Shown piece after piece: positions 44,130 through 57,359 of a stretch of 64,000 nucleotides of DNA. This DNA comes from Haliotis rubra (taxonomy: Eukaryota). Within the stretch, counting starts at the first letter, position 1; the number at the start of each line of letters is the position of its first letter. A program made the position numbers and the translations under genes. Below the pieces are notes generated by a model. It did not search any database and had not been told where the DNA came from. It saw only the letters and a list, made by a program, of their open reading frames with translations. The DNA is taken from contig NW_025767577.1 of the NCBI RefSeq assembly GCF_003918875.1, forward strand, positions 310,001 to 374,000. The letters run 5' to 3'.

Positions 44130-44255
44130 CTTTAAAGGTGTTAAGAAGTTGGGCGAACATGAATACACTGGGGTTTTTTATATACAACTTCTATTTATTC
44201 TTTATACGACGTTTCAGAGCTAAGTATTGCTCCTTAATCAGGTGAATGCTGAGGA
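44130..44255 (-). mobile_element. Penelope-like pLTR relic with mutated hammerhead-like motif
   Basis: Minus strand: CTGATTA aggagc-loop-gctc t GAAACGTC...aataaa. Confidence 0.55.
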
Positions 44256-45097
44256 TTTATTTTGATAAAAACATGTTAACACAACTCAAAGTGGGCGAAC
44301 GTTCAAAGATTCTTTGTAAGATATACATTGAGTTCCCATCAAGGACGGCGTAATTTACCAACAAGAGGACATTTTAGATGGGGGAATTGATTCATGCATA
44401 AGTCATAAAAGCTGCCTGGTGAGTGATTATTGTTCAATCAAATCGTCAGGTGGACAGATCAATATTGCAGACTTCTGGGAGAGAAGTAAATATTTATTTT
44501 CTTTCGCACAACAGAAAGGGCTGCGCCTTTGTGAACAGGCTCACAAGTCGAGATTTTCTTTCAAGGCCAACTATCATTCATTTATGATTTACGTCACATT
44601 ATATTTGCTTTTAAATAAGCCGAGCTATATATAATTGAAAGCGTCCCGGCAGTGATGAAACATTCATTATACTTTGTGGCATCCTTCGTCAGACCAGCCA
44701 GCTTTATTGTTTATAAAGACGCATGGAACATCACGCCTCAATTCCATTATCGATCAGCTAAGAGACTGTATGTACTCTTAATTGAAGAGTATATACTACT
44801 CTTAATTATTCTTACACAGTGGCTGGAAAGAACAAAAAAGGCAAGACGTTGCCAAGCGACCTAAACACCATTCTGTTAGCCACAGTGTAAATTTAAGTGA
44901 GCCTGTCTATCCGCTCCAGTGAGTTGCCTCCCCAGACAATCGACACGATGTGACCCTTTCTCTAAATGTATATATGTATGTCATCTCTGCCCTTCTTTAC
45001 CCGTCCCTGTCTCGTCATCTCTCTATCGTTATCTGTCTCTATCTCACGCTTTCTTCGTCTGTCACCCTCTCCTAGTTCCACCCTTGTATCTTTATCG

Positions 45098-45250
45098 AGG
45101 GTCGATGGGGTAGTCTCGTGGTTAATGCGTTTGCTCGTCACGCCGAAGACCCGGGTTCGATTCCCCACACGGGTACAATGTGTGATGTTCATTTCTGGTG
45201 TCCCCCGCCGTGATATTAAAGCGGAGGAAAACCATATTCACTCACACACA
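45098..45250 (+). mobile_element. SINE family A copy
   Basis: Similarity to family A. Confidence 0.8.
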
Positions 45251-45479
45251 TAAGGAGCATCGCAGATTGTCCTTGATTGGCCCTGGTCTGGAGCCGCAAC
45301 AAAGGTGACCGCTAACTTGCTGTAACTGCTTTGTGGCAAAGAACTTGACCATCGGGAACTGTCTCAGAAGGCATCATCTTAAGGTCTGTCCTGGTTCCAT
45401 ATCACTGCCAGAGACGGCTGGGCAATTCACCATCTTCAATGTACACGGGGACAATGGGCAGCTGTCTCTTTAGAAACAA

Positions 45480-45760
45480 GTCCCGATTGTCACACGGCAG
45501 CACAATGGTGGCAAGATTCTAGTTTATAGACGTCTCGGTGAGAGTTTTGACAACGTCAACGTAAATGAACACAATCATTTTGGTTACGCATATGTGATGG
45601 TGTGGGGTGGAGCTTCGTACAGAGAGCTCTGTGTTGAACGGCAATATCAATGCTGTTCATTACAGGGATAAAATGCTCGAAATACTGGTGAACCCATGCC
45701 TGCAACGGATATGTGTAAGAGCTGTCCATGATGACAATGCCAGGTCTCAGCCTTCTTGTT
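45480..45760 (+). mobile_element. Tc1 transposase internal remnant
   Basis: VYRRLGE...VMVWGG...LNGNINAVHYRD...DDNARS. Confidence 0.7.
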
Positions 45761-46258
45761 TCGTCACAGTGAGTGAGTTCAATTTTACGCCGCTTTTAGC
45801 AAGACGTGGGCCGAAACGATCTGACATTATCAAATAGGTACATGAATAAAACTATTTGTGTCCTGATCTCTGGAATATCACCTCCTTGTATCTCTGGTGT
45901 CAGCATCTTTCATATTCTGTGCTGTTTGACACTGTCCTTGTTGACACTCCCTGGTGGGTAGGGAGCAGAGGTGCTGAATCATTTTCTTTTGATCATGCCA
46001 ACCCTATCATGACGATCATTTCGCAGCTAATATCTTCAAATTGTGATTCCTGGGATAGATTCCTAGTGACTGAAGCTTCCAACTATCTACCCATTAAACT
46101 GAACCCTTATGCTGTATCTGAACCTATCTTTTGGATTTGGTGGGGAATGGTGGAGTGCGGACGCCGACAGAAATCTTTTGCCTTTCAAAACATTTGCCAA
46201 TATTGAGGTTGCTGTTTCGTGCACATAACTCTCAGTTCTTCTCAGGTCTTGTGGTATC

Positions 46259-46425
46259 GTGAGTGAGGGAATTTAGTTTTACGCCGCTTTTAGCAATATG
46301 TTAGCAATATCACGACAGGGGACACCAGAAATGGGCTTCACTCATTGTACCCATGTGGGGAATCGAACCCGGGTCTTCGGCGTGACGAGCGAACGCTTTA
46401 ACTAGTAGGCTACCCAACCGCCCCC
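46259..46425 (-). mobile_element. SINE family A copy
   Basis: Similarity to family A. Confidence 0.85.
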
Positions 46426-47018
46426 GGGATTGTAAGAAACATTTCGCAACCGTGTGGGTCAGATACCCTTTATCTCATAGTTACAAGGGCTTGCTAAATC
46501 GCTTACGATGGTTGGATTCGTTTTGATAGCATCTGACGAACATTTATGCAGTAGCACAAAAGAAATGATGCTTTACAAAAATGACTTTTAAATCATATTC
46601 ATAAAATATGTAATTTCTTCATTTTCGGAAACTGTGGTAATATGGACTTGCCACATGGGGTGGATTGAGTATATTTGTTTCACTGCACACTCCATGCCCC
46701 ACTAATACCACAATAGCAGGACGTACAAACTGCATTTAGCATTACATACCAGTTATGTCCCTTTGCGCATGTTTTCAAAAATTGTAAATGTCTTTTAAAT
46801 CTCACCTTCACAAGACATTTATAAGCTTGTTAATGTAGACATTGTTGCAGAGTAATCCCTACAGTGAGAGAGNNNNNNNNNNNNNNNNNNNNNNNNNNNN
46901 NNNNNNNNNNNNNNNNNNNNNNNNNNNNNNNNNNNNNNNNNNNNNNNNNNNNNNNNNNNNNNNNNNNNNNNNNNNNNNNNNNNNNNNNNNNNNNNNNNNN
47001 NNNNNNNNNNNNNNNNNN

Positions 47019-47733
47019 CACGCGTCAGAATGACCTTCACCTCGCCGTCTGTACACCCTTGTCCTGCCATCTGAACTGTCCAGATGACATCTCGACTCGT
47101 CAGGGAACAAAACACCATCCCAATCGTGTCTCTGTACCGTAGATGCTGTCGGTGCCGTTGGAACAAATGTTGTTCTCCCTCGGTCGGTTCCGTACAATCC
47201 TGGAACTGATTGGAAGTAAGCCAGGAATGGTCCGAGTAGTCAAACTGGCAGTCTGGATTCCTTATATGCATGGGTCAGCTTGTCTTGCTGACGTGACGTC
47301 ATCCGTGGATGGCCGGACCGAGGCAAATATCACGTGTTCCATTATGTCGAAAACGTCTTTTTGTGTTTGGATGGACACCAAAATCTCTGGCACTTCATTT
47401 TGGGCCATTCCAGTCCATACCCACGGCGCGGAGACGCTGATTTTCTGTAAGCCGTGGCATGACGTTCACGCAGTTTAGGTTGAAATTAACGTGGTTTCCA
47501 CAACATTCAGCAGCAAGAGAATAATCAACCGTTCAATTTTCAACATCAGCTGTGTGAACTTCGGGTGTCAAAAAACATGCAAAAAGGGAATACGTTCATT
47601 GTGCACAAAGTGACGTGACATCAAATGTCATGGTACTTTGATAGATGTTTAATATCTATTTTGTATAACTTTTCAAATAACCTTTATTAAATGCAATTTT
47701 ATGATATGCGCAGTTACTCTTTCCTTTAGTATA
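47019..47733 (-). mobile_element. Tc1 transposon 5' half, running into a gap
   Basis: MPRLTENQRLRAVGM... and LFPDESRCHLDSSDGRTRVYRRRGE. Confidence 0.8.
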
Positions 47734-47962
47734 TCTCCAAGTGCTGGAAAGGCGCATAGGCTATACGTTATGTATCATTTGATTCAAATTGCTATCGATT
47801 TTCTTGTGTTTTCTCTGTATATATCACGTTACACTGCAATATGAATTAGTAATCTGAATCATTTTGGAAGCACGATACTCCGAGATGACAGAGGGGATGA
47901 AATTTCCCAAGCTCGTTTTTTTCTGAATAGCGTAGTTGGTAGCTGCTATGGCGTTTGAGATC

Positions 47963-48170
47963 TGTGAAGATCTGGGTTAGAATCGGTTTTCAGCAAACCA
48001 AGCTTGTCGTAAGAGGCGACTAACGGAATCGAATGGTCAGGCTCACAGACTCGGTTAATGCAAGTCATCGTTTCCTAATTGGGTTTCGATGCTTACGATC
48101 TCACTCACCTGATCGGATGGCCCAGATTATTTTGCGGACCGCCTGGAATACTGTAGTGTTTAGGTAAACA
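47963..48170 (+). mobile_element. SINE family B, diverged
   Basis: gcttgtcgtaagaggcgactaacgg core. Confidence 0.7.
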
Positions 48171-48391
48171 ATTATACGTTTGTGAATTTCGTTAAAAAAA
48201 GTACTAGAATCTGTACTTTACTGAGAAAGTGTAATCCCAAATATAACATATGTTACATTTCACCACTTTCTGAAATGGCATTGTGTATATCATACCTTTC
48301 GGCGGTGGGAGCTGTGCCAATTAACACTTATCAGAGGGGCACACAAAGTCCGCAGTCTAGACTACCAGTTGTCCGACTTCCATTTTTGTGG

Positions 48392-48560
48392 AAGCCGCGG
48401 TGGCTGAGCGGTCTAGGCGACTGACTTTGTGTGCTGGCGATTAGGTGCCTGACTCTGAGGGTGTGGGTTCGAATCCCGGATGGGACTCAACCCTCCCCCA
48501 AAAGTACTAGAATCTGTAAAGTACAGAGAAAGTGTAATCCCAACTATAACATATGTAACA
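48392..48560 (+). mobile_element. SINE family D copy
   Basis: A box gtggctgagcggtctagg and B box gggttcgaatccc. Confidence 0.7.
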
Positions 48561-48805
48561 AGAGAAGGTAAAACTCCATACTAGGGACCATGGGGACTTA
48601 CATTATTTTCCTACCTGTATGGAACCTATATATATCAGGATCTATCAACCGGTTTGTCATGCAAAGCCTCGTGCATAGCATTGTACCTATCTTTAGAAAT
48701 GTAATGTGCTGTCTTGAACTTGTGTCATCCGGGATTCGAACCCATACCCACTCACTTAGCCACTCAGCCACAGAAAAAAGGAAGTCTGACACCTGGAGGC
48801 CAGAT

Positions 48806-49079
48806 CACCTACTTGTTGTATCTCTACTTGTTGTACCTCTACTTGTTGTACCTCTACTTGTTGTACCTCTACTTGTTGTACCTCTACTTGTTGTACCTCT
48901 ACTTGTTGTACCTCTACTTGTTGTACCTCTACTTGTTGTACCTCTACTTGTTGTATCTCTACTTGTTGTACCTCTACTTGTTGTACTCTACTTGTTGTAC
49001 CTCTACTTGTTGTACCTCTACTTGTTGTACCTCTACTTGTTGTATCTCTACTTGTTGTACCTCTACTTGTTGTACCTCT
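48806..49079. repeat. Minisatellite, 15-bp unit (ctacttgttgtacct)
   Basis: Direct tandem repeats. Confidence 0.95.
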
Positions 49080-49249
49080 CTGGCAGGTGTAAGCCGCGGA
49101 AGCAGGACGCGTTATAATCAGATTGCGGACTATGTGCGCTGACTCTGAGAGGATGGGACTCGCCCCCAAACTAATACGAAAATATGTACATTACCTGCGA
49201 TACGGTTATTGTTTCTTTATCTGCCCATTGTTGTCTCTTCGTCTGTCTG

Positions 49250-49465
49250 CCCGTGAAGGTCCGGGTTAGAATATTGGTCTTCAATAACCCATGCTTGTCG
49301 TAAGAGGCGACTAACGGGATCGGGTGGTCAGGCTCGCTGACTTGGTTGATCGATGCTCATGCTGTTGATCACTGAATTGTCTGGTCCAGACTCGATTATT
49401 TACAGACCACGCCATATAGCTGGAATATTGCTGAGTGCGGCGCAAAACTAAACTCACTCACTCAT
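49250..49465 (+). mobile_element. SINE family B copy
   Basis: Similarity to family B. Confidence 0.85.
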
Positions 49466-49527
49466 TAACTATTGTCTGTCTATTGTTGTCTATAACTATA
49501 GATCTGTTCACGTCGATGCAGCCAAGC

Positions 49528-49775
49528 CGTGACAAGGATACGGTACTATACAGTCGTGAGAAGGATACGGTACTATACGGTCGTGAGAAGGTTACGGTAC
49601 TATATGGCCGTGAGAAGGATAAGGTACTATACGGTCGTGAGAAGGATACGGTACTATACGGTCGTGATAAAGGATAAGGTACTCTATACGGTCGTGAGAA
49701 AGATATACTACGAGAAGGATCGGTACTATACGATCGTGAAAAGGATACGGTATTATACGATCGTGAGAAGGATTC
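49528..49775. repeat. Minisatellite, 27-bp unit (cgtgagaaggatacggtactatacggt)
   Basis: Direct tandem repeats. Confidence 0.9.
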
Positions 49776-50092
49776 GGCATTTGGCCCCAATCTCATCTCG
49801 ATCTACAGTAAATTGTGACATTTCCTGCCGCTTCAAACGGCATCAGACCGACGAAAATGTCAAACTTATTTGCTGGAAGGTTAAATTAAGCAAAAGCATT
49901 ATTAAAACATTACAGACCAATTTTATTTTTTTAAATTCAAGTTTTTTAACAATTTGCTGAGTGGTGAAACTTTAAGAAAAGCAAACGTTACCGGCGTATA
50001 TCATAGTCGCCATCATTGTTTACAAATGGACTTGGAAACGTCCCGTGGGTACTCCGATTGGCCCTGTCGGTACAACTTGTTGCATAGAAATA

Positions 50093-50250
50093 GAGTGAGT
50101 TTGGTTTTACGACGCGTTTAGCAATATTCCAGCAATACCACGGAGGGCTACACCAGAAATGGGCTACACATTGTACCCATGTGGGGAATCGAACCCGGGT
50201 CTTCTGCCGGAGGAGCGGACGATTTCATCACCAGGCTACACCCCCATCCC
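50093..50250 (-). mobile_element. SINE family A copy
   Basis: Similarity to family A. Confidence 0.75.
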
Positions 50251-50524
50251 CATTGAAATAGAGCATGACGTACTTCGTACGACCCACGTATGAAAGATTG
50301 GGCCGACTTGCGGGTTCAGATCAGGTGAGACTATGTGTTTTTTCATAACAAACAGTACTATCAATAAATCCACAGTATGTAAGAAACAAAACTGTGTGAT
50401 AAAAACATCCCCCCTAAAACAATTCAAAAACGTTAATTCACATGATTTGGTATGGTTCCAGAATCGTGTTAGAAACAATTTTTACAATCATTTGTCTGTA
50501 ATGTTTTAATAATGCTTTGCTTAA

Positions 50525-51603
50525 AGGTCACATGCAACCAAAAAATCAAACATAATTAAAACACTATTATCACTTATTCATGACATATAATATACATTGC
50601 TGATTATGGAAAAACATATAAACAAATTATAAGCGTACAATCGCAAATCAAAAGTGCAATATTGTGTACTTGGGTTTACTTCCCAAGAAACGAAGCAGCC
50701 GGGATACCGAACCCAGTCAGTGCGGGTGGGTGTGCACTCAAGTGTAACCGCTGGTTCATTTGCAGATGCCCTCACGGCTCATTGTGTGTGCATATATAGA
50801 GATGTTGGGTTTTGTAAATACATGCTCATTTTTTGGTGTATAACATTTTGCAATAAACAGACATCATAACATGTCATGTGTACAAGTATCACACCTGCCT
50901 GTCTGTGTAATCACATAATGTGACAGAGACCGAACTCGGGCCATAAATCAATGCGTTTTGTTTATGGTGTATAGCCTGATAGTTGTTAAGTTGAAATTGC
51001 ATGAGGTCAGTGATAGCAGCTGTGTATTGAATATTGTCATTAGCAGACAGGCAGGCAGACACATAGGTGTCAATAAAACAGACATTGAATCTGTGACAAC
51101 GACATATCTATATCACAGTTAGAAATTCTGTCAACGCTAAATAATGACATTGCTTTTAAGTATCGAACTGAGAAAGTGACTCGGTAAGAAGAACGTGTGG
51201 TGAAATAGACAAATGAAATTATATAAACAGTTAAATCGGTAATCTACTGTAATAACATATACAAAAGCTCGCGCCTGTGAAATATCAACAAAACTTTAGA
51301 AAATAAGCTCACACCAAAGCCTTCACCGAGTATTCACTGGACAACCCGCTTACAAGCTGCGCGAACCTATTTCACTGCGCATGTGCTATTAGCGCAGCGC
51401 AGCCCAACTGTTGAATCCACTTTTCCCCCAAGCGCTAGGGGAAAATTAGTGAATCGTTTGAACTCCGATTTCGTGCGGTTTTTTTCATCGCGTTATTTTT
51501 CAGCTTTATAAGTTGAATTTGCATTTTTGATGCTTTGTTTCGGTAAGTCCATACCGAAAGGTATCAGAATCTGCAAAGTTGTGTTTTACGTTGCATGTGA
51601 CCT
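50525..51603. mobile_element. Non-autonomous TTAA-specific DNA transposon (Kolobok-like)
   Basis: TTAA|aggtcacatgcaac ... gttgcatgtgacct|TTAA: 14-bp perfect TIRs, TTAA TSD, no ORF. Confidence 0.85.
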
Positions 51604-51659
51604 TTAATATTTCTCCAATCCCTGTTTATTTCACAGCAAGCGGTCTGGTTCCAGAAATG

Positions 51660-51796
51660 TTTAGCCTCGTGGTTAAAGCGTTCGCTCATCATGCCCAAGA
51701 CCCGGGTTCGATTCACCACATGGGTACAATGTGTGAAGCCCATTTCTGGTTTCACCCGCCGTACGTTGCTGGAGACCAAACAACTCACTCACTCAC
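51660..51796 (+). mobile_element. SINE family A copy
   Basis: Similarity to family A. Confidence 0.75.
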
Positions 51797-52225
51797 TGTT
51801 AAGACTAAGGTTAAACATTTATAATCAAAGCATTTAAACTACATAAAATTCGGTCGTGTGTTGGAGAGTACAACCAAAGCATTTATCTTAACTCACACAT
51901 AAATGTCGCTTTCTGATTGGCTGAGCGCTCTTCTATTATTTTCAACGTACCCTTCTTACGAGCAAGGTACATTTCAATGCACCCCGCTGTCAGTGGCAAC
52001 TCATTTGGTACTTCGTGGTAGTAATTCTTTATCTCGAATTACTTTGAATCACGTATGATGTACGGAAATTACCGATGTTTTGCGAATGCAAATCGATGTA
52101 AAGGAGATAACTCTAAATCTGTTTTTCTTGTCAGCAAAATCTAGCGATGGCTACAAAAGGATTTGTACCCGTGCTTCAAACAATTCAAAATTAACATTTT
52201 AGATTTTCGGTAAGATAAATACGTT

Positions 52226-52335
52226 GTTCACTGGTTCCTCGGGGCCCATGGGTTGATGTTCCGTCGATGCTTGTTTATGTTCCCCTCGCCCTTCGGGGGT
52301 ACATCAGCCCATGGGCCCCGAGGGACCAGTGAACA
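52226..52335. repeat. Long hairpin, probably the end of a non-autonomous DNA element
   Basis: gttcactggttcctcggggcccatgggttgatgt pairs with acatcagcccatgggccccgagggaccagtgaac. Confidence 0.75.
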
Positions 52336-53934
52336 ACTTATAATATACTACGGAGACAGGTAATGTCTACTCTGGATGATAAACTAACCAGAGATACTAC
52401 GATCTTGGACAGACAGGAATCATGTCCTGGTCATGTATACTACTCACACTTTGCTAAGGATAACCACTTTTAAAGGCAATACTTCAAAATGTGTAGATGT
52501 GTTGAAATAGCAAGAGACAATATTTTTTTGATACCGTGTGAAGACATGCTTCATGAACAAAGTTTCGGTGGCATGTGCTAAAAAAACAGCACAAATAAGA
52601 ANNNNNNNNNNNNNNNNNNNNNNNNNNNNNNNNNNNNNNNNNNNNNNNNNNNNNNNNNNNNNNNNNNNNNNNNNNNNNNNNNNNNNNNNNNNNNNNNNNN
52701 NNNNNNNNNNNNNNNNNNNNNNNNNNNNNNNNNNNNNNNNNNNNNNNNNNNNNNNNNNNNNNNNNNNNNNNNNNNNNNNNNNNNNNNNNNNNNNNNNNNN
52801 NNNNNNNNNNNNNNNNNNNNNNNNNNNNNNNNNNNNNNNNNNNNNNNNNNNNNNNNNNNNNNNNNNNNNNNNNNNNNNNNNNNNNNNNNNNNNNNNNNNN
52901 NNNNNNNNNNNNNNNNNNNNNNNNNNNNNNNNNNNNNNNNNNNNNNNNNNNNNNNNNNNNNNNNNNNNNNNNNNNNNNNNNNNNNNNNNNNNNNNNNNNN
53001 NNNNNNNNNNNNNNNNNNNNNNNNNNNNNNNNNNNNNNNNNNNNNNNNNNNNNNNNNNNNNNNNNNNNNNNNNNNNNNNNNNNNNNNNNNNNNNNNNNNN
53101 NNNNNNNNNNNNNNNNNNNNNNNNNNNNNNNNNNNNNNNNNNNNNNNNNNNNNNNNNNNNNNNNNNNNNNNNNNNNNNNNNNNNNNNNNNNNNNNNNNNN
53201 NNNGAAGGCCAGAACATTGTGACACGGGATCTACAGCTCGTTCGATGGAGTTGAGGTCTGGCGACCGGGGACAGTTGGCTAGTGGCTAACGCGTTTGCTC
53301 TTCACACCGAAGGCCTCGGTTCGATTCCCCACATGGGTACAATGTGTGAAGCACATTTCCGGTGGCAGGGTTTTGTTTTCTATGTGTTAAGTGTTATTTG
53401 TAACCTCTCGGCAGGACATTGTTGATTTCACTAGTTCCAGGAACAGCGTGTCTTTGCCCAATTCACTTTCAACAGTGATAATCCAGATATCACACTGTAA
53501 AACGATGGCAGGTTTTCCTTTTGTCTCTTGAGTGTTATGTTCAACCTCTTGTCAGGACATGGCAGAAATATTGCCGATTTTAAATTCTAACTCGCTCCCT
53601 CAATCACTAGAATTTTGAGTTGACACGCTAGCTACTGGGCGTTTTTAAAGTTGGCCACCATGCTGGGTAGCATATGACTTCATAAAAGTCGCATACAGCA
53701 CAACAGAAAACAATTGATTATATAAAAGTGTGAGGATTCTGATTTGCCAACATTAATTTGTCATCAATATTTATGTACAAATTTATAATGACGTAAGTCG
53801 TCATATTGATCCGCGCGGATGTCACAGTCTCCGGTGAGCTCGTGTGCAGGTTTGTCTCACCAAAACCCATGTCTGCATGTCAGTCTCCACTCAGCCTCTG
53901 TGGAACTAAGCAGCGCCCATCTTCATCACCATCC

Positions 53935-56900
53935 ATGTACATGTTAGTAGTCGAGCTGTTGACATTCTACAGTGTGTGTAGGTGTATTACATGTCAAGGC
54001 CAGGGTGTGTTCCTCACTAGAGTGACGCCCTCCTCCCTGGTCTGTGATTCTCTGTGTACCTACACCACCAGGTGTGGCTCCTACTTCTGGGATGCTGGCA
54101 CCGGATCCTGCCACCTGCATGCAGGAGCTACAGAGACAGAGGGGATGAGCCATCTAAAGTTAAAGTATCAGGTAGGTTAATGAGTGAGTACACAATATTT
54201 GACCCATATCGTGACGAGATAAAGTTCGACATTGGCAACAAACCTATTTAGACCTGTCTGCAATGGACAGTACAATAACTAGACTATCAGGCATATGGTT
54301 GCAATAATGCGATCAAGAGTAAAGTGTTACTCCACTGACAGGAAGTTTTTACTCCACTAATAGGAAGTTTTTACTGCACTGACAGGGAAATGTTCATCCA
54401 CTAACAGGGAAATGTTCCTCCAGTAACAGCAAAATGTGACTCAACTCACAGTAAAGTGTTACTCCACTAACAGGAAGGTTTTACTCCACTGACAGGAAGT
54501 TTTTAATCCACTGACAGGAAGTTTTTACTCCACTGACAGGAAGTTTTTACTCCACTAACAGGAAGTTTTTACTGCACTGACAGGAAGTTTTTACTCCACT
54601 GACAGGAAGTTTTTACTCCACTAACAGGAAGTTTTTACTCCACTGACAGGAAGTTTTTACTCCACTAACAGGAAGTTTTTACTGCACTGACAGGAAGTTT
54701 TTATTCCACTGACAGGAAGTTTTTACTCCACTGACAGGAAGTTTTTACTCCACTGACAGGAAGTTTTTACTCCACTAACAGGAAGTTTTTACTCCACTAA
54801 CAGGATTTTACTGCACTGACAGGAAGTTTTTACTGCACTGACAGGCGGTTTTTACTGCACTGACAGGAAGTTTTTACTCCACTAACAGGAAGCTTTTACT
54901 CCACTGACAGGAAGTTTTTACTCCACTAACAGGAAGTTTTTACTCCACTGACAATATAATGCCAATCAACTCACAATAAAATGTTATTTCACCCACAGTA
55001 AAATGGTTACAGCACAGAGTAACATGTCACTCAACTCACAGGAAAACGATATTCCACTAACAGGAAAACGTTATTCCACTTACAGGAAAATGTTACTCCA
55101 CTAACAGGAAAATGTTACTCCGCTAACAGGAAAATGTTTCTCTAATTACAGTAAAATATTACTTCACTCACAGTAAAACTATGTTTTTATTTTTACAGCT
55201 ACATTATATATATGATCAACAATGAAATGTTCATATTGTAATCGGTTCCCCATACAACAACCAGGGCAAAAATACTTAGAACAGTCTACAGTATTCCTAA
55301 ACTAGAAGATAATGTCTGGTTAGGGTCTTCATTCTGTTCTTGCTATTGTGATGGAGGTTACCTCGTTACGATGAGTGAAGTCCATGCCTGGTGTTCTCTG
55401 TAGTGATACTGCTGGACTGTCCCACCCCTATACAACTTCGGCGTTAGATCTTATTCGCTTTAATGAGAATAAACAGGCAATAAAATATGATTCAAAATTG
55501 CATTTGCTTACAAAACAAGAAATAGACTTGTTCACATGGTAAGGGTGCCAGTGTAGCTGTTGAGGTAAGAGCTCGCCTCTTTGCATGAACGATAAATTAT
55601 TTAGTAGCTTACTTAGCTTACAATAGGGGGTGTCATATGTCTATTCACGAAGTAGAATAACATCAGATTAAAACATGCAACCAAACTCCTGGTATTTTCA
55701 TGCAACCTAACTCCTGGTATTTTCTTTACGCGCATTGTAATATTGTAACGAGAAATAGAATCATGAAATTGTATTTCAAAAGCATGCATTTGGATGTTAT
55801 TCCATATTTGAGTAGATATGACATTTTATGTGAATTTGAAAGACAAGAACAAAAGAAGATAACAGACTCAGAAAGTTCTTCAACTATTACACCAAGACAA
55901 CCTCCGACCGGTCAAAGAACAAAGAAACTATCAGAGAACAATATTTTGTTTAAAACAATTGTGGATTTAGGTAACAAATCCTCAGTGTAAATATGCAGGT
56001 TAGAATTGGTCTTCAGTAACCCATGCTTGTCGTAAGAGGCGACTAACAGGATCGGGTGGTCAGGTTCGCTGACTTGGTTGAAACATGTCATCGGTTCCCA
56101 ATTGAGTAGATCGGTGCTTATGCTTTTGATCACAGGATTGCCTGGTCCAGACTCGATTATTTACAGACCGCCGTCATTTAGCTGGAATATTGCTGAGTGC
56201 GGCGTTAAACAACAATCAATCAGCTATTGTCCTTTGTTGTAATATTAGGTATAAGTATTAGTGAGCAATAGTGAACGAATGACTTTAAACTTTGAACTCG
56301 CTCATTTAGCATTCACGGCAATATCATGCATAACATGCGCAATGTCTTAGTTGTCAATTTGCTTTTGTAGGACATTAATTATACATTGCATAATCACCAT
56401 TTAATCTTTTTGTGTGAAATTGATAGTACGCTATTTGTGATATTCATCTTTCATGTAATATTATACTTTTTAAGTTAATTGGAATGAAATGATTTTATGG
56501 TGTGACTGTGCAAAAAGACCAATAAGATTTTCATCTTAATTTATAGAAATATGGAAGGAAAGAAAGTTGTGGTAGCAGCTTTTGTGGAATTAACAAGACA
56601 TGCGTGCCTGTTGAAGCGGGGTCTGCCCACATTTGTTTAAGAATGACGTCAACGTCTAAAACATCAGTAACGACATCAACAGCAATGGCGACCATAACTC
56701 GAGCACCGGTTGATACCGTTTTCGGCGAATCAAAGACATCTTCTGCAGCTGGTGAGACGTCATCGGTCGCAGCATCGTCCCCATTAACAGTTGAATCATT
56801 GCAGCCAACAGATCGGTCAACTACAACAACGACAATAAAGGCATCCACACAAACAACAGCTGATAGATCGGTGTCTACAAACACCCCTCCCGTTTTTGTT

Positions 56901-57359
56901 GTGGCAACCACACACGAAACGTCCTCAAACACTGCATCACTGCTTGCAACCACTTCAACTGCTGCATGGATGTCTACAACGACCTCTCCTGCTTCTCCTA
57001 CGACCTCCGCATCAACTCCTACAACCACTTATACTGTTCCTGCTCGTACAACGGCACACAAAACTACATCTGCAACATCAACGGCTACCTCTGCTGCTAC
57101 GACGACCGTGTCCACAGCTTCTGTTCCCGGTGCATCTACCTCTACATCGACCCCAACCACTGCCACCAGGAGGACAAGGCGGTATCCTTGTAGAGTGAAA
57201 AGTCGTCACGCACCAAACGGTAACCTCAGAAAATTACATTTCTTTGAGTGGCATTTTAGAAGTTCAGACGTACAACTTCATGAATATCAACTACTCTTTT
57301 GTGAGTGCAACGTTTCGGTCCAAATTCTTGTACCGTTGTCAAGCAGGAATGGAACATGA
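53935..57359 (+). CDS. Putative secreted PAN-like + EGF-like Cys motif + Thr/Ser mucin protein (about 349 aa); exons 53935-54171 and 56547-57359
   Basis: Signal-like MYMLVVELLTFYSVCRC; PAN-like CDSLCTYTTRCGSYFW...CHLH; phase-0 donor CAG|gtaggt joins acceptor atttatag in frame to SCGSSFCGINKTCVP...IC and a long S/T tract; 3' end uncertain. Confidence 0.7.
54320..55180. repeat. Minisatellite, 22-bp unit (actccactgacaggaagttttt), intronic
   Basis: Direct tandem repeats. Confidence 0.95.
55985..56222 (+). mobile_element. SINE family B, full length
   Basis: Similarity to family B. Confidence 0.85.

Noticed and set aside
48590-49169. Low-complexity ORFs (LLVVP, LYLLY, QQVEV repeats)
   Set aside because: Translations of the 15-bp minisatellite
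52444-53254. Long ORFs containing X runs (also about 17200, 21560 and 46870)
   Set aside because: Artifacts of N gaps
56531-57028. Val-rich 165-aa minus-strand ORF
   Set aside because: Antisense shadow of the Thr-rich mucin exon
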